Shown here in pieces: positions 50,297-56,890 of a stretch of DNA of 56,890 bases. Under the pieces are notes generated by a model, which was not told the DNA's origin, ran no database searches, and saw only the letters and a program-made list of their open reading frames with translations. Location of the stretch: the NCBI GenBank assembly GCA_026134085.1, contig JAOQIN010000008.1, positions 1 to 56,890 of the forward strand, given 5' to 3'. Source of the stretch: Candidatus Methanoxibalbensis ujae. GTDB taxonomy: Archaea; Halobacteriota; Syntropharchaeia; Alkanophagales; Methanospirareceae. The translations under genes and the position numbers were made by a program. The stretch's first letter is position 1. The number at the start of each line of letters is the position of its first letter.

Positions 50297-50369
50297 TGGA
50301 CCGGTCGGGACTTGAACCCGAGGCCTCTCGCACGCCAAGCGAGCGATCTTCCAGCTGATCTACCGGCCC
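50297..50369 (-). tRNA. tRNA-Ala (GGC)
   Basis: GGGCCGGTAGATCAGCTGGAAGATCGCTCGC-TTGGCGT-GCGAGAGGCCTCGGGTTCAAGTCCCGACCGGTCCA; G3:U70 identity pair. Confidence 0.96.
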
Positions 50370-50443
50370 TTATCTTATCATCTCTCTCATTATTTTATAA
50401 TAATGCGTCCTGCCAAGCGTCAGCGTGCACATCATGGAAAGGA

Positions 50444-51394
50444 TCACAGATGATGTTCATATTTCCATCTCTCACGCAGTCTTTCAACGCCGTGATGAGT
50501 ATGCTCGTGTATATGCAGGTGGATATGTCTCCCATCGGATGTTTCTATTATTTTCGTGAGCGCTTCAACAGCATCATCAATGGAGAGTGGCAGCTCATCG
50601 CAGTTAAAGCCGAAGCAACGCAGCAGTTCAAACAGCTTCATCACATCAGGCACCTCCAAATTCGTCTTTTCCATAAGCTCAGCATCTGAAAATATCTCAC
50701 GAGGTGTCCCTTCTGCAATTATGCGGCGATTTAGCACGAAAACGCGATCAGCAATATCGGGAATCGCATTCACATCATGTGTCGCAATTATCATTGTGAA
50801 ATCATTGCTCTCATTCAGCCATTTCAATATACTTATGAGTTCAGAGCGGCTTCTGGGGTCAAGATTCGCAGTCGGCTCGTCAAGCAGCAGGATTCTCGGC
50901 TTCATCGCAAGGACAGTCGCGAGCGCAATCTTCTTCCTCTCGCCGAAACTCAGACGATGCGGGTTCTTATCCTCATAATCCTCAATGTGAAGCATTCTCA
51001 GTGCCTCTTTCACACGAGTCCTCACTTCATCCTCACTCAGACCAAGATTCAGAGGACCGAACGCGACATCATCAAACACAGTCGGCATGAAAAGCTGGTC
51101 GTCAGGATCCTGAAACACCATACCGACATCTCTCACAATTTCTTTTCTGCTCCGCCTCCCATCAATGCGGCGACCGAATATCTCAATATATCCCTCATAA
51201 CCCCTCAGAATACCGTTTATGTTCAGCAATAATGTTGTCTTTCCCGCCCCATTCGGCCCCACAATTGCAACTTTCTCCCCCCTCTTTATGTCTAAATTCA
51301 CACTTTCAAGAACATTTGCATCTTGATTGCTGTATCTGAAGCTCAAATTTCGCACCACAACTGCATATTCCTTTTTATCTCCTTTATGTGACAT
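50444..51394 (-). CDS. cbiO: ECF transporter ATPase CbiO/NikO with His-rich C-terminus
   Basis: GPNGAGKTT, VFQDPDDQLF, LS.GE, LLDEPT; HIHLHIHEHTHH tail. Confidence 0.92.
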   Translation of the reverse strand: MSHKGDKKEYAVVVRNLSFRYSNQDANVLESVNLDIKRGEKVAIVGPNGAGKTTLLLNINGILRGYEGYIEIFGRRIDGRRSRKEIVRDVGMVFQDPDDQLFMPTVFDDVAFGPLNLGLSEDEVRTRVKEALRMLHIEDYEDKNPHRLSFGERKKIALATVLAMKPRILLLDEPTANLDPRSRSELISILKWLNESNDFTMIIATHDVNAIPDIADRVFVLNRRIIAEGTPREIFSDAELMEKTNLEVPDVMKLFELLRCFGFNCDELPLSIDDAVEALTKIIETSDGRHIHLHIHEHTHHGVERLRERWKYEHHL

Positions 51395-51399
51395 AATTG

Positions 51400-52155
51400 T
51401 CACCAATGTAAAAATACTGCGAATAGGAGGAAAAGCATACACAGAACATAATCCACAGCACGCATGTTGAAATTTGATAGTGTTTTAATCTCGCTGGAAT
51501 ACCCCCTTGAGAGCATGGCCTCGTAAACACGCTCTGAACGCTCTGAACATCTCACAAAAAGCATTCCCAGAGCCTTCCCAATCGCCTTCAATGAATGCAT
51601 TTTCGCCTCCATCCTGAATCCTCTCGCCTGCATTGCAGTGAGCATCCTCTCAATCTCATCCGAAAACACAAATGCATAGCGATATGAAAGCATGAGAATC
51701 TGTGTCAAGGGCTTTGGGAAGCGGAGTGAATTTAATGCTTTTATTATATCATCAAATCTGGTGGTTGAAACGAGTAAAAACGCGAGAATCAGCGCAGAAA
51801 ATGCCCTTAATACGATCAGAACACCCTCATATAAGCCCTCATATGTCACAGTTATAATATAAAATCTGAACAAAGCCTCCCCCGGAACTGTTAATGAGAG
51901 GGCTATAAAAATAAAAATGATGAAAACAGATGGAAACATAAGCTTTCTGAGTGTGAAGCGAAGGGGTATTTTTGAGATTATCAGAAGGACAAGTGATACT
52001 GCGAGGCATAGCGCTGTTGTTCTGATGTCAGATAAAAAAACAACTGAAAAGATGAGTGAGATGAAAGAAATTATTTTCGCTCTCGGATCAAATCGGTGAA
52101 TATATGAGTTCAGAGCAGTGTATTTATCAACATCCCGCATCATTTCATTCACCAT
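51400..52155 (-). CDS. cbiQ: ECF transporter T component CbiQ/NikQ
   Basis: IH..DPR.K, YRY..VF..E, ARG and SRG motifs. Confidence 0.92.
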   Translation of the reverse strand: MVNEMMRDVDKYTALNSYIHRFDPRAKIISFISLIFSVVFLSDIRTTALCLAVSLVLLIISKIPLRFTLRKLMFPSVFIIFIFIALSLTVPGEALFRFYIITVTYEGLYEGVLIVLRAFSALILAFLLVSTTRFDDIIKALNSLRFPKPLTQILMLSYRYAFVFSDEIERMLTAMQARGFRMEAKMHSLKAIGKALGMLFVRCSERSERVYEAMLSRGYSSEIKTLSNFNMRAVDYVLCMLFLLFAVFLHW

Positions 52156-52228
52156 CCCCGTCTTCTGTTGGTTGATCTGTGCAAACAGCAATGGCCCAAG
52201 CCAAAGCAGAAGCAAACCACAGCCGCAG

Positions 52229-52723
52229 TCATGCTTCTTTTGTTGCTTTCCTGCTTTTATACAACATCGCGATGCCTGCGATACCCATAAGGTAGCCGAA
52301 TCCCGCGAGAATTCTCATCGGAAGACCAATCGCTCCTTCAGCAGAGGAATCACTGTATCCTCCGCTCAGGTTCAGCAGTGTTTCAGCTTGATGTCCCGGC
52401 AGGTTTGCCTTAACAACGATTTTGTATGTTTTGACACCTGTCTCCGGCGAAAATCTGAATTTTCCGTTCTCGTCTGTTTTGCCTGTCACATAGAGGTTGC
52501 CCCTGTCGTCATACACCTCGACATCAGCATACCTGCACGGCGTCTCTCCTCCGACACCACCAAAATATGCATAAACCTCTATGTCAGCTATCCTGTGCAC
52601 AACATAGATGCGATGAGCTGATGCAATTCCAAAACAGAACAGCAGGAAAAACATGAACACAACAATCACAATCACACATCCTCTCCTCATCTCTCTCCTC
52701 TCTCCCATATCACGCATCCTCAC
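52229..52723 (-). CDS. NikL/CbiL-like accessory component
   Basis: Signal peptide ending AH, G.TDENG.F.F, GH, C-terminal G.GY..GI.G TM; located between cbiM and cbiQ. Confidence 0.7.
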   Translation of the reverse strand: MRMRDMGERREMRRGCVIVIVVFMFFLLFCFGIASAHRIYVVHRIADIEVYAYFGGVGGETPCRYADVEVYDDRGNLYVTGKTDENGKFRFSPETGVKTYKIVVKANLPGHQAETLLNLSGGYSDSSAEGAIGLPMRILAGFGYLMGIAGIAMLYKSRKATKEA

Positions 52724-52730
52724 ATCTCTC

Positions 52731-53387
52731 TCATGCAGTTGCTCTCGCTATTGCGAGAAGTTCGGGTTTTACCTGAAGCAGGAAAACAACGACAGAGCCT
52801 GTGATGATCGCCTCTATCACGACCAACGGAGCATGAGCTGCCAGAAGTATAATTGCAGCATCGTGATATATGGGACTTCCCTTAATGAGATCGGTCATAA
52901 TGAGAGAGACTGATGTGAGCAAAGCGGCAAGAGCAACTGCGATTCCGCCTGAAAGTCCACTTACAACTGCGATAAGCGATTCTTTTTCTGCATTGTGCAG
53001 TCTTCCTTTCACGATCTTTGAGATGCCATATGCCACGAGCGCTGGAATGCCCATGTTAACGGTGTTTATACCTATTGTTGAGATACCTCCGTGCTGGAAG
53101 AGGAACGCCTGAAGGACGAGCCCGATGAATATGGAGGGGAATGAGAGGACACCCAGGACAATGCCGACGACACCGTTCAATATGAGATGAACAGATGACG
53201 GGCCGACGGGAATGTGAATGAGTGATGCGACAAAGAACGCGGCGGTCATTAAAGAAAGGCGGGGCATCTCATCTGCAAGCTCGGTGTATCTGCTGCTCCA
53301 CCAGAATGAGAACGCAATTATCCCCGCACTGAGTATCCAACCTGCAACGACGACCTCAGGTGATAGCACACCATCTGATATATGCAC
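52731..53387 (-). CDS. cbiM: ECF S component CbiM/NikM (GTG start giving MHISDG)
   Basis: HISDGVL, AAFFVASLIH.P.GPSSVH, LQA.LF.HGG...IG.N. Confidence 0.92.
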   Translation of the reverse strand: MHISDGVLSPEVVVAGWILSAGIIAFSFWWSSRYTELADEMPRLSLMTAAFFVASLIHIPVGPSSVHLILNGVVGIVLGVLSFPSIFIGLVLQAFLFQHGGISTIGINTVNMGIPALVAYGISKIVKGRLHNAEKESLIAVVSGLSGGIAVALAALLTSVSLIMTDLIKGSPIYHDAAIILLAAHAPLVVIEAIITGSVVVFLLQVKPELLAIARATA

Positions 53388-53463
53388 CATTCATGCACAC
53401 CTTCCCGCATCTTTCATACGGCCCAACCGTCAGCTCTGCACTATGCACTGCAAGCATGCTCGC

Positions 53464-54447
53464 TCATTTGCCTTTGCCTCTGTCGCCCATGCGCTTTCTC
53501 CACAGAAATAGAGCGATGCCTATCACAGTCATAGCAGATATCGCGTCAAATCCTGGCACTTTTCCCGTTATATTCGCGATTTTCTCATTCAACGTGGATA
53601 TTTTGTCCTCAATAATCTCAATCCTGCTCCTCAGCTCTCCTCCGATATCTCCTGAAGGAAACGCATCCAACACAGGAACGATGAACACTCCTCGCCTGTC
53701 CAGACCCTCCTCCTCTTTTGTCACACCGATGAACCATATGCCTGGCTCGTCAAGCGTGTAGAAAAACTCTCCGTCATCGCCTGTCTTCGCAACTCTCGTG
53801 AAAATCATGGGAGGATCCTCGGGAAATCTCTCCTCAACCCTTCTGACAAGCGTATCTGCGATTTCTTTGGTGTTATATTTCTCAACCTCAACGATCGCAT
53901 TTGCGAGCGGCTCTCCATTGAACAGCGCTTTTCCACCGAATATGAAGGATTCCTCCATGCCATATGGTCGCATGAAAGGAACGATCTCCACTTCCTGACC
54001 GACAATGGCATCCCAACCCTTCCATGCTTCCTCACCGCAGTGAATGACTGTTTTGGGATAATCAACGAGCTCATGCTCCTCAACCTCAAGCCTTGCGAAC
54101 ACGACATAATCGCCAAGCTCATCAACAGTGAACGATGTCTCATATGCCTTAACGCCCTCAACAGTTGTCTCATGCACCGCTAAATCCTCAACAGTCCCAT
54201 CCGGCTTTCTCACCTTTACCTCTGGCACAACAGGACAGTCAAACAGCTGATGCTCATACGGATGCCCCCACACAATCAGTATGTCCTTCGTGTCTCCAAC
54301 ACTTGCGATGAAATCATCATGCGTCACATTCATATCACCGCCGGGAAACAGCATGGTGAAATGTGCACTCCCAACGCCCACCATCATACAAAGTATGCCT
54401 ATGATGAGCGACAGCTCAGCTGCTGATTTGACACTTTTCCTCACCAT
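53464..54447 (-). CDS. DUF4198 (NikK-like) extracellular protein with PGF-CTERM sorting signal
   Basis: Signal peptide ending AHF, WGHP, EIVP..RPYG, G.P..NA.VEVE.YN, G.W; VPGF-TM-RKR. Confidence 0.82.
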   Translation of the reverse strand: MVRKSVKSAAELSLIIGILCMMVGVGSAHFTMLFPGGDMNVTHDDFIASVGDTKDILIVWGHPYEHQLFDCPVVPEVKVRKPDGTVEDLAVHETTVEGVKAYETSFTVDELGDYVVFARLEVEEHELVDYPKTVIHCGEEAWKGWDAIVGQEVEIVPFMRPYGMEESFIFGGKALFNGEPLANAIVEVEKYNTKEIADTLVRRVEERFPEDPPMIFTRVAKTGDDGEFFYTLDEPGIWFIGVTKEEEGLDRRGVFIVPVLDAFPSGDIGGELRSRIEIIEDKISTLNEKIANITGKVPGFDAISAMTVIGIALFLWRKRMGDRGKGK

Positions 54448-54479
54448 CTTTTTATCACCTTCCAACTGATCGGGAAATT

Positions 54480-54497
54480 CGTATAAATAAATATACG
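54480..54497. promoter_or_regulatory. Palindrome CGTATA-N6-TATACG upstream of the Ni/Co ECF operon
   Basis: Perfect 6-bp inverted repeat ~25 bp downstream (minus strand) of a TTTTATAT TATA-like box. Confidence 0.4.
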
Positions 54498-54579
54498 CTT
54501 TTTGCCGAACGGAAATAAATAAATATAAAAATGAGGAGGGGTCAGGAGCTCTTCTCTTCTCTGCCACATGCATGTGCGG

Positions 54580-55515
54580 TCATTCAGGAAATCGCTCGGC
54601 GAGCAATTTGGCTGCTGATGCGGCTTTTGCGAGAAGAAGGGGGATGCTCTCCTTTGTATATATGCATGCGTTGAGTGCGAGGCTGAGTGCTCTGGCATGT
54701 GCGTCCTGAATTACCGTGTGTATTGTCTTTCTCGTCGGATAGTTTGCGTTGAGTGCGAGATTCACAGCGTTCATCTCCGCTTCAGCGAGCAAGCTTGATA
54801 CTGTTAAATTCGTCGGATATTCATATCTCATGTTAAAAGCAATGTTGAAAGCATGTTCGGCGCATTTTAGCACATCTTCAATCAACTCCTCCGGCTTCGT
54901 CCGCAGCACATCAGGCAGGAACAGCACACCGGCTTCGCGGTCGTATATCGCCTGAATCTGCAGACCCTCCTCCATCGGATATATTCCGAGCTTCGCAAGC
55001 ACATCCGCAACCTCCCGTGACACAACTTCTCCCTCTCTCACAACAACCGTCTGTTTTTTTATGACAATATTTCCGCCCTCAATTCCGGCAGGTATGCCCG
55101 CCCGCTGAAGCTCTCCAATAATCGGTCCGGGTTTGAGAGATGTCCTTCCCGCCTCCACGACAATGTCTCTCGGCGAACGAACACCTGCCTTTATCGGTGC
55201 AGGCTTCTTGCTGCGCTCTATAAGGTCATAGAGCTCAAAAGGATCAAGATTTGAGAAGACAAGCGCTGTCTGATCCGCCACACACGGAATCATATCATCA
55301 ACACCGCTTTCCTTCAGCGATAGGTGTATCAGGCTGTTCTTTGAAACACGAATGAGACATTTGTCCCTCAAATCACGCCTTATCTGCTGAAATGGCTTTG
55401 ACCGCAAACCCCTGAAGTTGACAGTCGCAACAGTCCGATATGTGTTGAGGAGCTGCTTTAATCGCTCCACTTCCTCCCGCTTCCTCTCCCTGGCTCTTTT
55501 CTTCCCACTGCCCAT
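54580..55515 (-). CDS. rplP0: 50S ribosomal protein uL10 (P0), atypical C-terminus
   Basis: Q.IRRDLR, VSKN.L, P.DIVV..G.T...PGP...ELQ..GIPA.I..G, YPT repeats. Confidence 0.95.
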   Translation of the reverse strand: MGSGKKRARERKREEVERLKQLLNTYRTVATVNFRGLRSKPFQQIRRDLRDKCLIRVSKNSLIHLSLKESGVDDMIPCVADQTALVFSNLDPFELYDLIERSKKPAPIKAGVRSPRDIVVEAGRTSLKPGPIIGELQRAGIPAGIEGGNIVIKKQTVVVREGEVVSREVADVLAKLGIYPMEEGLQIQAIYDREAGVLFLPDVLRTKPEELIEDVLKCAEHAFNIAFNMRYEYPTNLTVSSLLAEAEMNAVNLALNANYPTRKTIHTVIQDAHARALSLALNACIYTKESIPLLLAKAASAAKLLAERFPE

Positions 55516-55612
55516 ATCATATCACCTCATATATCACCCCTCATATGAAAACGAGAAAACGACGACTCCGTGTCGCACTTCAGCACATCCGGTATCGTTG
55601 TCCGCGGCACCC

Positions 55613-56245
55613 CTAACGCATCCAGATCCTGACAGCCTTTCCCATTGTGGTCTTCACATATATTGAGCCTATGTTCTGCCAGCCCTTTTCAAGATTCGCC
55701 TCAATCGCTCTTATGACTGCGTATGCGTTCTCCGCGATCTCACGCGGCGACATGTTCTCGTTTCCCACCTTCACCCAGATAGTATTTGACTTTGATCTTA
55801 TCTTCACTGTCCGCTTCAAACGCTCAATGACCTTCGCTGGATCTGCTGAAGGCGGTATGGGCTCTGGCATCTTGTCCCTCGGACCGAATATGACACCAAG
55901 TGACCTTCCTATCTGCGGCATTAGCTCAGCGGATGCGATGAGGAAATCATATTCTGATGCTATTTTACGCGCTTTCTTTTTGTCAGTTTTTTTGAGTTCC
56001 TCCTCCTCTATCACATCAGCACCTGCCTCCTTTGCCTTCAACGCGAGCTCCCCCTTCGCAAATGCGCCTATATTCATATCCTTTGGCGGATGAGGAAGGA
56101 GGACACGCAGGTTCAACCTGTTCTTCGGCTGTTTTAAGTCTATGTCCTTCAGATTTATCACAATATCAACACTCTCCACAAATCTCCGAGGTTTCCTGCT
56201 CTCCAATGCCTTTTTCACTGCTTCTTCTATCTCTTCCACCTCCAT
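55613..56245 (-). CDS. rpl1: 50S ribosomal protein uL1
   Basis: R.F.ESVDI.INLK, MP.IGR.LG...GPR.KMP, YVKTTMG. Confidence 0.97.
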   Translation of the reverse strand: MEVEEIEEAVKKALESRKPRRFVESVDIVINLKDIDLKQPKNRLNLRVLLPHPPKDMNIGAFAKGELALKAKEAGADVIEEEELKKTDKKKARKIASEYDFLIASAELMPQIGRSLGVIFGPRDKMPEPIPPSADPAKVIERLKRTVKIRSKSNTIWVKVGNENMSPREIAENAYAVIRAIEANLEKGWQNIGSIYVKTTMGKAVRIWMR

Positions 56246-56296
56246 ATCCTCACACCTCCTTCATCAAAGCTCTCCATTTCCGATTCGCATCCCATA

Positions 56297-56590
56297 TTAT
56301 TCGGCGAGAATGTCATCATATTTTCCCTCATCTATCTCGCGCTGAACCTCCACTGGATCCCTGTTCTCAACGCGTATGCCCATTGATTTGCATGTGCCTA
56401 TCACCTCTTTCGCTGCTTTTTTGAGAGAGATTGCCAGCATCTGCTCCTTTTTAATCTCCGCTATCTTCTTCACGCTCTCCATTGATATTGAAAGAGATTG
56501 TGCAATATCCGGCGTTATTTTCTCCACATTGAGCTCACGCTTTATAAGCATAGCAGTCGATTCTGTTGCCTTCTTCCCTTCACTTGACAT
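56297..56590 (-). CDS. rpl11: 50S ribosomal protein uL11, C-terminal rRNA-binding domain only (97 aa)
   Basis: LIKREL, KIA..K...L...LK.AAKEVIGTC.SMG..VE..DP......ID.G.YD; SD GGAGGTG upstream; first gene of rpl11-rpl1-rplP0. Confidence 0.88.
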   Translation of the reverse strand: MSSEGKKATESTAMLIKRELNVEKITPDIAQSLSISMESVKKIAEIKKEQMLAISLKKAAKEVIGTCKSMGIRVENRDPVEVQREIDEGKYDDILAE

Positions 56591-56890
56591 CTATCGCACC
56601 TCCTTTCGGATTTTTCTCACACGCATCTTCACACTTTCTCACACACATCTTCACACCTGCTCCACATCAGCTTTAAAACATAATAAAGCCCCTCCTCCCC
56701 ATTAAAACATAAATGTTGCTTATAAAGAAAAAATGAAACGGAACGGATGAAAACGAGGAATCTGCCACCGGAGAGTGAGAAGGGGGAGTTGGAAGATAGT
56801 GATTTAAGATGATTTTAATATTGAAGCAGAAAGAAAATAGTTTTGAGAGTGCGAGCCATGCCCATAATATTTCTAATTACAAGAATTGAA

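Overview
Archaeal chromosomal segment. Its gene content (Tes tetraether synthase, PGF-CTERM sorting signal, cohesins, DUF2117, futalosine genes, CooC, Ni ECF transporter) suggests an anaerobic Methanomicrobia/Halobacteriota-type euryarchaeon, possibly ANME-1/alkane-oxidiser related; this taxonomy is inferred, not established. The window is mostly housekeeping: rpl12, rpl11-rpl1-rplP0, rps6e, aIF5B, Pop5, NMD3, Lsm, PINA, thiDN, trpEG, mqnEA, proC, coaBC, pilBC-type genes, a Ni/Co ECF operon and two tRNAs (Glu-TTC, Ala-GGC). It also holds a 25-repeat CRISPR array with a lone cas6, an intein in a dCMP-deaminase-type gene, and a decayed region beside tRNA-Glu. The most striking signal is a remodelled ribosomal stalk/GTPase centre. 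uL10/P0 appears to have four L12-dimer-binding repeats instead of the usual three and has no acidic tail, uL11 lacks its N-terminal domain, and rpl12 sits about 52.6 kb from its operon. Other notable items are an unannotated ~170-nt structured RNA candidate next to the Lsm gene, pervasive short tandem-repeat expansion that creates low-complexity protein inserts, and an age-dependent strand bias in the CRISPR spacers. All family calls come from motif recognition; no database searches were run.
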